Of a DNA stretch of 64,000 bases, positions 1-13,722 are shown one piece after another. Position 1 is the first letter of the stretch, and every line of letters begins with the position of its first letter. The translations under genes were made by a program, and so were the position numbers. Under the pieces are notes generated by a model. The model did no database searches and was not told the DNA's origin. It saw only the letters and a list, made by a program, of their open reading frames with translations. Source of the stretch: Zootoca vivipara (Eukaryota); assembly GCF_963506605.1 (NCBI RefSeq), contig NC_083276.1:75454001-75518000 (forward strand). The letters run 5' to 3'.

Positions 1-263
1 ACGGCTTCTAGAGCAGCAAACTACGGGCTATATGAGCAGCATGTAATCTCCCTCCACTGTGTGTATTTTAACATGAAGAGCTACTGTAGGATGCTGCTAC
101 AGAAAGCAGGTGGTTAGCCAGGTATTTGCTCCTGGCCCTAGCAGGAAAAGGACACTTGTGACTGACTGAGTGGGTGGAGAAATAGCCTGAGAGGAAATGG
201 TTAAGAAGCCTCAGCTCTGTTTGCCTTCTGCTCCTGATTTTATACACATATGTGACACTCTAA

Positions 264-422
264 GGCTGCATACACATCATAGTTTCTCCCCCACTCCTCA
301 AAGGATCCTGAAAACTGTGATTTAAGGGTGCTGGAAATCATAGCTCTTTGATGGATAAACTACAGTTCCCAGGATTCTTCAAATGGAAAATGTGCTTCAG
401 GTGTATGGTATGCATTGCAGCC
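264..422. mobile_element. Old MITE, possibly PIF/Harbinger-like
   Basis: Inverted ends GGCTGCA...TGCAGCC, flanked by TAA/TAG 3-bp sites; interior is loosely palindromic. Confidence 0.4.
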
Positions 423-3400
423 TAGCTTTTTCCTGAATGGACGCAGTAATGGTGTTGTAAGCAAGGAAGGGGATATGCACTGCCATGGTCAGCTATCGAG
501 ACCACTTCAGATATTAGGCATATACCTTTTTTAAAAAAACTGTAAACAGTGTTGATGTGACAAGCAAGGGTTTGCGCGCACCTGTATCACAATGAAGCAC
601 CAGTGAGAAAACTGGGTGTGGCTGCGATAAAGTCCTGTGAAACAGCCCCTTAGTCAGATGATGAAGTTAGGGAAGTGGCTGTTGTATTTTCCAAGTCTTA
701 GATTTGTTTGTTGTTTACTCACTATTGCTTTAAGGGCATAATTAACATTTTAAAACCAAATCATAAAGGCAACATCTGTGTTTGCATGGCTGAAGTTGCT
801 ATATCTAATCCTTCACTTTAGGCAACTCGAGCCCAGTCTTATGGAACTGTTTAATAAAGCTATTTGCAGCAGTACAGGCCATAGTTTTCAAAAACCTTGT
901 ATTGTCTTGAGTGATCTGCATCAACCCAAGGCAAATCACTGATACAAATATACCCAACCTCCAGATGATTACACACACACTCTGGAACCAAAGTGCCTCA
1001 TAAACAAGTACTGAAATGATTAAAATGTTCATTCATGCTATTTGCTATATCCTGTATTAAATGAACACCACTCTCTGTTTTAGAGTATTATGTCAAGTAT
1101 TACATCAGCACTTAGGTTTAACCGTCTTAGCAGAAACTGGGAAATGAAATAATGAATTTATACGAGTTTTGAAAGCATTCTAAAATGTCTGAATTAGACA
1201 TCACACTATATAATGGTTGAGCATGACATCTGAACATGGTACTTACCGGTAACTGAGGCTTTTAATAATGCTTTTACAAATAATGGTTTAGTGTGATGAG
1301 TGAGCCTGGGGCTCACAGAATCCCCCTGCAGTATGGCCGCCCAGAGGATTTTGGAAGTTTTCACTTCTGATTTCCATTAACCACTGTTTATCATGTCATC
1401 CGAACCTAAACCATGGCTTGTTTAAAAACATGCCAGCATTGTAACTCATGGTTTGAAGCCATTTTGTTTTAAACAAGCCAAAGCGAGTCTGCTCAGATGA
1501 CCTAACTTGCTGTGGTTAAGAAGTAAACTTTGCTTCTGATCTCTACTCCTTGAAGTTTGGTGTCCTAACCAATTTGACACGTTATCAAAAAGGTCTCTGC
1601 TCTCAGCTGACCTCATAAGGCAAGAATCTAGTCCAGAGACATCCAATGCAATGCCCTCCAGATGTTGTTGGATTCCAACTCCCATCAGCCAGAGCTGGCA
1701 TGATCAGATGTCAGAGAGGACAGGAGCTTAAGCCCACAACATAAAGAGGGAACCACATTAGCTGCACTTGATCGAGGTCATCATTCTTGAAATATTTTAT
1801 GAAGCAGCACTGTTGAGCAGTGCTGACTCCCTTAGAATGTTTACTTACCCAGGACTCGTCTCTCGACATGCAGGACTTCATCTGCTTTAGTGTACAGGGA
1901 GTTAGGGTGACATATTCTAACAAGCTATGTCTACGTAAACAATGTAAATGACATGATGGAAGAAGGCCAATTAGCCACTAGAAGCAGCGGCAGATTTCCA
2001 ATACAGTATACATTTAATTTGTATGCTGCGTATGAATCCCAAAGGACACAGGTTTCCTGTAGTACTGATCAGTACAGCTGTCCATAATTATCCCCGAGTG
2101 CACTAGAGTGTATGAGGGTTTTTGTACTCAGCAGGCACGTCTTTCTGTCCATAAAAGACAGCTCAAAAGGTCGTGGCCAAAACTGCATGTTCAGATCAGA
2201 CCCTTGTTAATTTCTATATTGGAGCACAGTGGCACAAATTTTGTAACGCCGCTGTTCCACCAATACAATCTACCAATGCAGACAGACACCCAAGATTTCA
2301 AATACTGGCAGACATCAGAGATCAGCATTCTTTTCTAAGAAGGGCAACCCCTAATCCAGCAGATAGTGGCATCTGCACCAGGAGACAAACCATTATCGTC
2401 TTTTCCAAGCAGTGTTTTTAGGAAATGTTTTCTTATCACAGGACAGTGAAGACACTGCACCACATGGCCAATCTTATGCAAAAAACACACAGCAAGACTG
2501 GGTTATTACTGCTGTGTCATTTATTACACTGGAGTTTGTTTTTAATAATTGGCATTGCTGTTTTTTTAATGCTCCATTGTGAGCCACTTTGGACAGCGTT
2601 TAGCTGCAGAAGCTGGTAAAAGGATGTAATTTAATTTTTTTTAATGCAAAATACACCTCCAAACTTACTGAAAGAAAATGGTGGGTTGCGTTGGACAGTG
2701 TTCAAAAAGCCAGAACACATTTCTAGAAATCACAATGGATAGGAAATTCCCTTGCATTCAATGGACCATAGAACACAGAATATGCTGCAACAACCAGCAG
2801 TTAAATGGAAAGAAGTACATATTTAACTCTTTATTTTTGGCTTTATGATGAGATCTGAATGTTTTGCTTATTGGGTAGAAAAGTAACACAGGAGTGCTTA
2901 AACTGGAGGCAAGTTGAGCTATCAGCAGGAAGTAAGTAATAATCAACTACTTTGGGATTACAAAACATTTTACCATATTTAATTCACCTGCCAGAGAGCT
3001 TCTGACAATTGAGAATCATTACTCTGAACTTTTCTAGTCAAGCCCCATAGTAACTGAGGTAAGAGATATCTGCAGGGCCTGCACAGACCTCCAGTAACAC
3101 AAGCCTATGGAGCATTCATCTGCACATCTCCGTGTAAACTGTTAGGAAAGCTTATTACGCTTTCAGGCTAGAGGTACCAAGAAGAAGTCCTGTATATTTT
3201 TTTTACCCGAAAGTTGGTTGTTTAGTCAACTGCTCAGTACATGGATAACAGCATGTTCTTCAGTATTAAAGCCACAGTTCTGTTTTGAATCCAGTAAGAC
3301 AATTTCGTGCCTTCATCTTGAACAATATTCATAGTTCGGCAACCACCAGAAACTATCTGAACCACGTTTCCTGGTCAAAAATCTGTTTGATCAGAGGTGG

Positions 3401-3582
3401 TAGCAGGACAGAAGATTAGATTACCTTGGTGGTCCCTTCCAACTTGATAATTCTATATGCCTATGAGGCTGTGAGTCTGGACTCTTGTTTTTCATTTGTT
3501 TGTGCTCTTGTATCACTTTATTCATGAAAATAAATTCTTGTTTTGAACAGATAGCATTGCAACAATGTACCAGTTAACTTAC

Positions 3583-3651
3583 CTTTAAACTTTGACCGAA
3601 TGTTTGCCAATTCTTTGTTTATTCTTTTTATCTCAGCTTCTTTGCTTTTAC
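3583..3651 (-). CDS. AP2A2: AP-2 complex subunit alpha-2, coding exon 2 (69 nt)
   Basis: Minus strand reads ttttcag|GTAAAAGC...TTTAAAG|gtaagt and encodes (C)KSKEAEIKRINKELANIRSKFK(G), the alpha-adaptin N-terminus. Phase matches the 67-nt exon 1. Confidence 0.96.
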
Positions 3652-4463
3652 CTGAAAATACATAGAAAGAACCCAGTTCAGAGTGTAGTATTTTAAAAAG
3701 CAGCTTCCTTTCGTGCCTACAATACTACATACACGACTCATTGAAAGACTCATAAATTAAAACCCCAAAGATATTCTGCTGAGCAACAAGCATGGAAAGC
3801 CCTTTTTGGGGGATATAAGTAAGGGAATCCTTTTTTATGCACACAAATATGTTAGTTCTTGACCAAAGTGACTAAACACAATATTTCTGAAGAGGCAGGT
3901 GCAGCAAAGGCAAGGCAGTAGCATGGGCCACCTTTGAAAGAGTAACATCATTTTCACTTGATGACAGAATTGCCAAAGATGACTTAAAGTATTTTTACAT
4001 CTAAACACCCATTCCAGCTAAGATCTAGGGGGCGGAATGTCAGCCAACAACATGAGCCAATCCAGAAGAATTAGCTGTTATGTGAAGAGCCATGGAATGA
4101 TGCACACCATCCCTCTTCATGTTCATGCACAAAGCAAAGAAGTGATAGCATGCAGGTGTAACAGAGGAGCACCATGCCATGTAGGATGACAAGTATGCAG
4201 ATGTGGAAGGTGGACTTCCCACCATACAGACTGGATCCCCAAGGACCAAGAGTGTCACCTTGGCATGCCTAAAATGCACTGGGTGACCAATGAGGTGTGC
4301 ACACAAAGTCAATAAAATACCCGTGACAGAAAGGAATTGTGTGTACTCACGGAGAACTGATAAAAAGGGAAGAGAATCAAGTCACTGCCCCAACATAATC
4401 AGCTGGGCAGCCACTATTGCACTATTTTAATGGAATAATTCCATTAAAAGCAGTAAAAATATT

Positions 4464-5452
4464 GTTTTGAAGATAAAAGGTCCAAATTTCAAATAGAACT
4501 GTTGGAAGGCAGAGTGAAATTGTTGTCAAAAATGTATGATTTGTTGTTAGAATGGTATACGAAAGATGAATTGACAAAAGATGTGATGATAAAATGGGCA
4601 AAAGATTTTGGGCATAATATTGAATATGATGCGTGGTTGAAATTGTGGAATCAAACATTGAAGTTTACTGCATGTACTGCCTTGAAAGAAAATGTAATGA
4701 AGATGATGTAATGAAAGGATGTATAGATGTATAGATGGTAACACCAGTAAAATTAGCGAAGATGTTTAGAATGAGTAATAAATTATGCTGGAAATGTAAA
4801 GATAAAGAGGGCGAATTTTATCATATGCAGTGGACATGCGAAAAATTAAAAAGATTCTGGGAAATGATATATAATGAACTGAAAAAGATTTTTAAATATA
4901 CTTTCCCCAAAAAAACCGGAGGCCTTTCTATTAGGACTTATAGGAGATGAGATTGTAAAAGGAGATCAAAAATTATTTATGTATGCTACAACTGCGGCTA
5001 GGACTTTATTAGCCCCAAAATGGAAAACACAGGAGATACCGACGATCGAGGAGTGGCAGGTGAAAATGATTGACTATGCGGAATTAGCGAAGTTGACCTG
5101 CAGGATCCGAAACCAGGGAGAGTTAAGGTTCCAAAAGGAATGGAGTAAATTTGTGGACTATATGGGGAAAGACCGTAGAAGTTTAAAGACACTTGCAGGA
5201 CTGAAATAAATCCTACGAACTGACTTTAAGTAGGTGGATCAAAAGGAACTGCGAGAAAAGAGTGGATAAGAAAACCGAGTGAGGGGAGGGAGGGAAGTCA
5301 AAGCTCGACAGAGCAAATAGAAGTAACATAGCTGAATAGAGGATAAAATGAGAAAATTTTGTTTTTGTTGTTTGTTGATGTGTTTGTTGTTTATTGTTTT
5401 GTTGTTATTGAATGTGTTTATTTGAAAATGCAATAAAATTGTTTGGGGGGGA
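4464..5452 (+). mobile_element. 5'-truncated L1/Tx1-clade LINE (ORF2 C-terminus plus 3' UTR)
   Basis: Broken ORFs with the Cys/His motif CWKCKDKEGEFYHMQWTC, AATAAA at 5432, and an 18-bp TSD AAAAGCAGTAAAAATATT (4446-4463 and 5453-5470) at a TT|AAAA site. Confidence 0.9.
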
Positions 5453-5575
5453 AAAAGCAGTAAAAATATTTTCATAAATCCTAGCAGTGCAGACCTACTT
5501 AATTAAAGAATTAAAAATGTGTTTGTCAGTGGGTATCTCCAACTAATGAGGCAGCAGATTTTAAAATTAAGAGTA

Positions 5576-6213
5576 CAGTGGTACCTTGGTTCTCAAACGC
5601 CTTGGTACTCAAACACTTTGGTTCCCAAATGCCGAAAACCCAGAAGTGTTCTGGTTTTTGAATGTTTTTCGGAAGCCGAAGGTCTGATGCAGTTGTCGGC
5701 TATTGTTTCCAGGGCGCCTGCACCAATCACAAGCTGTGCCTTGGTTTTTGAACATTTTGGAAGTCAAATAAACTTCCGGAACGGATTAAATTTGGCTTTT
5801 GTTTTTGCTATTTATTTTGCGTTGTTTTTTTTTGAGGCTTTTTTGGTTAATTTGTTTTTGTGACTGTGTGGAACCCAGTTCAGCTACTGATTGATTGACT
5901 GCATGACTGCGGAAATGGATAAAAGCCCCCCATCCAAACAATGACTATCATCAGTGCAGGTAAGAAAAAAAAATAATTTTAATTTTTATCATGTACAATA
6001 CTGTCTTATTTATTTTATAGTACCATACATTGATTATTGCTTTCATTTTATGGATCAATGGTCTCGTCAGATAGTAAAATTCATGTTAAATTGCTGTTTT
6101 AGGGGTTGTTTTTAAAAGTCTGGCACAGATTAATCCGTTTTGCATTACTTTCTATGGGAAAGCATGGAACAGATTTCCAGAATGGATTAAGTTTAAGAAC
6201 TAAGGTACCACTG
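5576..6213. mobile_element. Tc1/mariner (Tigger/pogo-like) non-autonomous DNA transposon
   Basis: TIRs CAGTGGTACCTT...AAGGTACCACTG; TA on the left, CA on the right. Confidence 0.85.
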
Positions 6214-8859
6214 CACTTATAAAAGCTACAGGTGTGACAAGCATCTTCTAAAGAGATGCGTACCTTCCTTGTGCGCAAGAGGGTGGAGGACACCTCTTGC
6301 AAAACTAGGACTGCTATAGCAATGGTTCCCAATTAGGGAGCTACCATAGATACATCAACATTATCAAAACTAGGGGGCCTATGGCTTGGCTTTTGAAAAA
6401 CAGGGGGTTTGCAGTAATTGGGAACCACTGATCTAAGGAACAGAGTTGTGCCACTCCTTGCTCAAGGTGTGGCACACAATTTTGGACATTACATCCTACC
6501 CACTGCATGCCCCCCCCCACAAAGGTTGATCCTGGACTCTCAGGATCAGTACGTGGTAGGGCACCGAGGGTAGCAGGAGGTGACGGGAACTGGGTGTTCC
6601 TCCTTGTGCAAATGGAAGGATTTTCCTGCCAGCACAAAGCCATCACTCAATTCATCTCAACGTCAGCCTCTCTATAAACTATTGTCAGTTCTCTCCTATG
6701 CAATTTAATCAGATAATCAGCTAAGCTTTCTTTAATTGGTTGACAGATGCAATAAATACATAATTCTTAGAATTTGCATAAGAACCAGATGGGAAACATT
6801 AAATCAGGTATTTGTGCCATTTGCCCTCAGTATATTTAGTCGTTCTGCCCCCTATTTCCCCACATTACCATGAAAGGGAAACAAAAATGCTATGCCACTA
6901 AATTTCCTCCCCCTTCCCTACCGTCCTTGAAACCCTGAAAACAGGGTTAGCCCTGATTAACAGAAGGCTTCCTTTGAAAAGTCATTTAGATAGACAGGAA
7001 CATCCAGCAACCCTCTTTCTACAATGTTGCCAGAATCAGCCAAGTTAGATATACAATTAAAAGGCATCATTGTATTCACTTTCACAAAATTGGGGCAGGG
7101 CGGGAAACCAAAACACTCAAGTCCTTGTAAGCCACAGCAAATTCCTCAAAATGCAGTTCCAACTTTTAAAGTATCTGAAGCTGCAAATAAAGCCAGGGCC
7201 TCTGGCTTTGTGTGTTCATAGTGAGATTCATCACATGAAGGCATCGTGTTCACTATTAATTTCTAAGTCATCCAAATCAGCAAGAATCGATCAGGAATGG
7301 GCAGAGGTAGATCTCTAGGTGATCTGAGGAATGTTGGTAAACAATTGGGAGGTAGAAGGAGAAAGCAGAGAGAGAATATTTTTGTTTGGAAAGACTGTGA
7401 GCTCCTTTCAGTTCTGGTATTGAAAACAAATTCTAAGGCCCCAAATCTTTAGCTCTACAGGTATGTATTTTGTAGGGGCTCAAATTAGAGGATCTTAAGT
7501 AAAATAAAAATACAAAATAAATGTAAATGTAAAATAAGTGGATCATGAAGCATAGAGCCTGCCCACCTTAGGGTTTTCCATAATATATGTGGGGTGGGGA
7601 TATATTTGGAAAAATATGGGAAATATATTTGGTACATCCACAAACCTTGGGGTCCTCTCTTATGGCTACCTAAGAAATATAACTCACAAGTCTGAATATT
7701 GGCAGAAGAGGGAATGGTGAAGCAGGGATGAGGGGCCAAACAGTTGCATCCTGCCCCTGAGAATCACCTTCATGGAAAAGGTTTTGCAAGAAGGTTTCTT
7801 CCCACCCACTTTAAAGTCCTTTTGGCAATACTTCATAGCACAAACCAGTCACTGCATGCACACACAAAGAAACACAAAACAGTAAAAAAAAACAGGTCCT
7901 TCCAACCAAGTCTGGCTCATGCAGCTATTAAACACAGCACTTCCTCCAATTCCAGTTCACGTAGTACACAAGTGATAACCCCAACTTTCTTATTTATTCA
8001 AGCCTACTTTGTAATTTTAGAAATAACATTCTCTGAAGTCTGATCGACAAGTCATTCCCTCACGCCTCTGTGGTTTATTTTGCCTTATTTGTTCTCAGCA
8101 GCAGAGGATTATCTTTGTGATGTGCTCCCTGCAGATTACTGCACCACAGAGCTTCCTCTTGTTTTTGCTACAGATGGCCAATCCCTTTTTAACAACAAGC
8201 TAATAAGTGTGGAGAAATTCATGACAGCTCAGTTCAGGCAAAATTCAGTGTTCAAGCCTAAATCAGCCAGGCTGTGGGACAAAAAAAAAAAGCTTCCCTC
8301 TCTCCTTTTATAAAAATGCACTTGCGCTTGGAGGGTTCTCTTTTTTGCACAATTAACTTCAAACGATATGGTCAACCAAGCCTTGGAGAGGGAAAGCTAT
8401 TTTTAAGACCACAGGCCCCTGGGAAGGCAAAAGCTGTTCACAGAGCTGGCCGCTGGTACTGTTCTGGGTCACTTAGTGGCCCAGAACACAACTGAAAAAT
8501 CAGTGTGATATACAAGTTCACCTTTCCAGATTGTCCACAAACAAAACAACATACACACACAGTTCCCATCAATGTCACTTGCTTAGAGTGAAGTGTGTCT
8601 GTTGGCATAGGAAAACTCCAGTGTTTCCTGACAGTACCAATGCCCAATGCTGTTTATTTATCATTCTAGTGGTGTATCTGACAGAATGCATGATAGGGAG
8701 GCTACATATGGGCAACGGGGGGGGGGGTTCCCTATTTCAGTGAATCAAGCAGAGGGAAATATGGCAACGGTGTAGGGGTGCGTCATTATGGAAGGTGGAA
8801 TTTCAGTGGTTTGTGCCTTGTTCCCTTCTCCAGACCCTTTCCCAAGAGCAGATTCCACT

Positions 8860-9320
8860 GTGCTCTTCTACTGTGCTCCCCTACACTGGTGGTTCTGTTA
8901 CTGAATTCCAGGTTGGTCCATATTAAGATCTCACTCATCCACGACTTGGGGATGAGGGAACTGGCCTGGTGTGCATTACAGAGATCAGAGTGGATAAACT
9001 GGGCAGAGTTGATCTGACTTAACTTTGCCCACCTGGCCTCCACGCCACGGGCCTGTCTCAGCTGGTCACTGGCCCAACACACAGAACAGGGCATAACATG
9101 GATTTGGTCTTTGCCTCAGATGATGAAGGGTGTGGTCTGAATACATTGGGGTTGTGTAAACCAATTGTTATGATCAGACCACTTCCTAGGGAGGTTTGGG
9201 AAGAAAATTCTGCAAGGGTGTGGGGTGGACTATTTGGTTGGCTTACTGCTGAAGACTTGGAATCCAGAAAATTCCTAAATGCTCAGAGGTTTATCCAGGA
9301 GATTAGAGCTGGGACTCAAT
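8860..9320 (+). mobile_element. Degenerate L2-clade LINE, endonuclease-region fragment
   Basis: Broken frames resemble LINE AP-endonuclease motifs (SLIHDL..., GH-x-DLVF, SDHFL). Boundaries are approximate. Confidence 0.55.
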
Positions 9321-9460
9321 CAGCCTTGGTTCCCCAAGAGAGGATGCCGAAAACTCCTACCTGTAACGGGGTTTCCCAGATGGATTAATAGTATCTTATT
9401 CCTCTTTGGGGGAAAACGCTTTTATTTGCAATATTTTATTGCCAAGTTACCTAGTAATGC

Positions 9461-9548
9461 CATCATCATCATCATAATCATCATCATTATTATTATTATT
9501 ATTATTATTCCCCGGCCATCTGGTTGTGTTTCCCCAGCCACTCTGTGG
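9461..9548 (-). repeat. (ATC)n/(ATT)n microsatellite forming the tail of a LINE-like 3' end
   Basis: Trinucleotide run abutting CCATCTGG...CCCCAGCCACTCTG, the reverse complement of the 3' ends at 47530-47607 and 59437-59558. Confidence 0.75.
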
Positions 9549-10064
9549 TCTATAAGTATTTAATATAAATAAAATGTCTAGGAAGAGGCTTTAAAAAAAG
9601 CTAAGTCAATCCACTTCAGGAGATCAACCTAACAAGAAGAGAGTGCTGACTAAATGGCTTCCCCAGTATAAATATTTAGTTTTGCTGCCCTTCGTACCAG
9701 GTCAAGGGTGGCATCCGATCAAACAAGATAAAAAACAACAACACCATGATGCATTTAGAGCTAGAATTAGCTCACTATTGGAGGGTATTATTTAAAATGT
9801 TCCAAAATTCTACCAAATAGCATGGTTGCATCAGTCCTACAAAGTGCTCTGCTCCCAAAATACTGGATAAAGAAAACCCAGTTCTGTACAAGTTTATGAT
9901 ATTATGTATATTCTCTATTCTTACAAAGTATCATTTATCATTTTTACCATATTTTAAGGCATTGCTTGCTTGTATGAAGTGTTCTGTCCTTCCATCATGT
10001 CACTACTGTATAGCTATTTTTCTTACACACCATAGGTTTCTTACAAAACACACTATTTCCATTT

Positions 10065-12425
10065 ATATTATTATTCATTAAATTTGTAAACCACCCTTCA
10101 TCCAGAGACCACAGGGCGGTTCATAAGATAAAAATGCAAAAAGAGAACACAAAATACACAGTAAAACAAAAACAAACAAATAACCGACCTCCCATTTAAA
10201 AGGGCATAGAATGTTAATTAGTCAAAGGCCTAGTTATAGAGAAACGTTTTCACCTAGCACCTAAGGTGAGCCTCCCTGGGGAGAGCATTCCACAAACAGG
10301 GAGCCACCACAGAAAAGGCCCATTCTTATGTTGTCACCCTCCAGACCTCTCAAAGAGACAAATGAAGAAGGTTGGTTCATATGGAGTGAGGCAGTTCTTG
10401 AGGTATTGTGGTCCTGAGCTGTTTGGCAATGGAAGTTAGGCTGTCCCTGTCCAGAGAGGGACAAGGCTGGGCCACCAGCCAAAGCTGATGGAAGGCACTC
10501 TGCACCACAGAGGCCACCTGAACCTCAAGCAGGGAATCACCCACTAACAGCACCAGTCTTATCGATATCAAATTTCAGTTTGTTGGCTCTCATTCAGTCC
10601 ATTACCGAGGCAAGACAGCGGTCCAGCACATCCACTGCCACACCAGCAGATATAAAGGAGAAGTAGAGCTGTGTGTCATCAGTAAATTGCTGACAATGTA
10701 CTCCAAAATTACAGATAACCCCACTCAGCAGCTTCATGTACATGTTAAACAAGATTGGGGATAAAATCAAACCCTGAGGAAGCCCACAATGAAGGCTCCA
10801 TGGGGGCAGAAGGAGCACTCCCCAAGCATTAAGCCTGTGGAAACAAACATACAAGCAGGACCAGAATCACCATAAAGGATTTGGTGCTCCAGAAGGATAC
10901 CATGGCGGCTGCTGAGAGGTCAAAGGCAGAGGCACATTTCCCCTGTGCTCTCCCAACAGACATCATCATACAGGGCTACAAAAGCAGTTTCTGTGCCAAA
11001 ACCCGATCCTAAACCCCAACTGAAACAGGTTCCTCCAAGAGCGCCTGGATCTGGCCTACCCACTCAAGAACCTTGCTCCAAAAGGGGAAATTGGCCATTG
11101 ACCAGTAATTCCTTAGATTTTCTGAATCCAGGGATGGTTTCTTGATGAGTGGTTTTACCACGGCCTCCATCAAGCAGCCAAGGACCACCCTTTCTTGCAG
11201 GGAGGCATTAATCACCTCCCTGACCCAACCAGGTATACCCTCTCTGGTAGTTTTTATGAGCCAAGAGGGGCAAGGGTCCAGAACGCAAGTCATCATCCAG
11301 ATCCAAGCACCTTGTTCACATCTTCAAGCCTTACGAACTAAAACTCATCCAACGCAACAGGACTAGACAGTGCTCTAAACACCCCTTGAGATTCATTTGC
11401 TGTAATAATGGAATCAAGATCCTGGTGGATGCAAGCAATTTTATTCTCAAAACACTTTGCAAACAAGTCACAGCTACCATCAGTTCTGCCACCTCCTTCA
11501 GGCCAGACTGTAAGAGGCCCCACACTACCCAGTAAAGCTGCACCACATGGCACAATGAGGATGCAATGAAGGAAGCAAAGTATGGCTTCTTTGCTGCCTC
11601 CAAGGCCACTAGAAGGCTCGATGATGAGCCCTCAGTAATGTTTGATTGCATTTGAACAGGGTTTTCTTCCACTCACATTTGAACCACCTCCCAGCCTGTT
11701 TCTTCACCCTAAGCTCTGGAATGTACCAGGAAGCCAAGTAGGCTCCACAAAATGGAAGAGGGAGCTCAGGAGCATTGTGTCAACAGCCATTCCCACATTC
11801 CAGAGGTCGGCCAGACCTTCGACAGGAACACCAGTCAGATCAGCTGGAAAATCCCCCAAAGCTGTCTGGAAACCCATTGGCTCTATCACCCTCTGAGAAT
11901 GGACTATCCTAATAGGTCTCCTGCCTCTGCGGAGGGGGAAAGGTGCTGAAAGCCAAAATCTCAACAGGACATGACCCAACCATGACAAGGGATGAGTGTC
12001 AATATCCCCCACTTTCTTTTCTTATTTTAAAATACTTTTTATTAGATTTTCCAATTAAAACACAATTATATTACATCAATTATTTCAATTATTTCAAATT
12101 ATACAAATACATATCAATTAAACCAAATATTATGCCGAATCATAAAATTTTTAGGCTTCCCATGCTTCAAAGTCTGGGGATTCTAGATAACTGTCCGCAG
12201 TATCCCCCACTTTCATATTACCCTCTTCCTACCCAGTTAAGGATACAAAGTCCTGTATGTGGCCTGCCACATGCGTTGGGACAGCCCCATGGTCATCATG
12301 ACAGCCAAGAAGTCCAGAGCCACCCCAGAGCCAGTCGTCTTCGGCATGGATGTTGAAGTACCCCAAAACCAGTTGTCTATGAGTCCCGATTGCTCAATAG
12401 TGATAAACTGGTGCATAATTTATGT
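10065..12425 (-). mobile_element. Degenerate L2-clade LINE (EN-RT-3' end)
   Basis: ORF pieces GLPQGLILSPILFNMYM...QFTDDTQLYFSF (RT, decayed YADD), LDPCPSWLIK...PLIKKPSLD..NY, and DFNIHA (EN). Many stops and frameshifts. Confidence 0.88.
12017..12200 (-). mobile_element. Short LINE 3'-UTR insertion nested in the L2
   Basis: 14-bp TSD TATCCCCCACTTTC (12003-12016 and 12201-12214); AATAAA and an A-rich end on the minus strand. Confidence 0.65.
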
Positions 12426-12433
12426 TTTCCATA

Positions 12434-12675
12434 CAGTGGTACCTCTACTTACGAATTAAATGTGTTCTGAACACACATTTGTAAGTCGAAAAAAATTGTA
12501 AGTCGAATCCCATAGGAATGCATTGGGAGAAAAATTTGTAAGTCAAAGCAAGCCTATCTAAAAATTCGTAAGTAGAAAAAATCCTATCTAAACCGCATCC
12601 AAGATGGCGGACGGAGCTCCATTCGTAAGTAGAAACATTCGTAAGTAGAGTTATTTGTAAGTAGAGGTACCACTG
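12434..12675. mobile_element. Tigger-like MITE
   Basis: TIRs CAGTGGTACCTCTACTTAC, TA TSD, internal repeated GTAAGT(A/C)GA motif. Confidence 0.9.
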
Positions 12676-12915
12676 TATATCCAAAATGCCTCATTTACTG
12701 AGCTACCCATTTTAGCCACAAACTTACTTTATTACAATTGCTTTTTAATGAGCAAGGCAGGGAGGAAAACACTGAAACCAATCATTGACTGTTGTTGCTT
12801 TGGCTGCCTCAAAGAGAATATAATTTGGGAGTAGAGGGGTAGAGGAGAGGCAGATACCTTTCTGGAGCAACATCCATGTTTATGGTAATACTACTTGACA
12901 AAACACAATTACTTA

Positions 12916-13040
12916 TCTGAAGAAGTGTGCATGCACACGAAAGCTCATACCAAAATATAAACTTAGTTGGTCTTTAAGGTGCTACTGAAGGAATTTTTTT
13001 ATTTTGCTACGACCCAGACCAACACGGCTACCTACCTGTA
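12916..13040 (+). mobile_element. Penelope-like element terminal fragment
   Basis: CTGAAGAAGTGTGCATGCACACGAAAGCTCATACC...TTAAGGTGCTAC with an 11-bp TSD ACAATTACTTA; a reverse-complement copy lies at 20110-20197. The family call is from recalled similarity only. Confidence 0.65.
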
Positions 13041-13591
13041 ACAATTACTTAAACATATCACACAGTTGCCAGTCAAGTAAAAATCTTTCGGTTGTACATA
13101 CACACAAAGTTTGATTTAATTACCATTTCTAAGGTGGCCTATTTAATAAGGATGTAGATGCAAGATCAGAAATAAGCAAAGTAACTGATGTAGAACAAAA
13201 TACTTGACAGTCTACAACCACATATATTTCCCTCATTAAGGATTTGGCAACTCAATAGTGCAAATACAATCAACTGCAAAAGGGAAAGGGAATCAAACCT
13301 TCACATAGCTAGATAATGACCATTTTCAATAGTAGCCAATGACTTATAACACTTTTTACTGTAAAAAGAGAGGAAGAGTTCATTGTGTTCCGTTTCAACT
13401 TGAATACATTACGTCTGGGATCCAGAGAGTTTCTTGCTTGACCAAAAGCCACCCCTCCATTTCTGCCAGTTTTCCCTTGTTCCATAATCTCAGGAGTTCC
13501 TTTTTAAGGAGACACAACTAAATGCAGTACAAAGATAGGGCAGAATACCCCATTGCAGAACTCTGTTAACACATCACTGGATCCCCTAACT

Positions 13592-13722
13592 CAGGCATCC
13601 CCAAACTGCGGCCCTCCAGATGTTTTGGCCTACAACACCCATGATCCCTAGCTAACAAGACCAGTGGTTGGGGAAGAATTGTAGTCCAAAACATCTGGAG
13701 GGCCAAAGTTTGGAGATGCCTG
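13592..13722. mobile_element. hAT (Charlie-like) hairpin MITE
   Basis: TIR CAGGCATC(C/T)CCAAAC and perfect 8-bp TSD CCCTAACT. Confidence 0.9.

Noticed and set aside
1-3582. Search for AP2A2 exon 3 (DKALDGYSKKKYVCK...)
   Set aside because: Not found on the minus strand; presumably left of the window.
4038-4328. Possible solo LTR (TGTCA...TGACA with AATAAA)
   Set aside because: No convincing TSD and short, so I cannot support it.
12434-12675. Regularly repeated GTAAGT(A/C)GA motif resembling a CRISPR-like array
   Set aside because: It lies between Tigger-type TIRs with a TA TSD in a eukaryotic intron. The spacing is irregular and typical of subterminal repeats.
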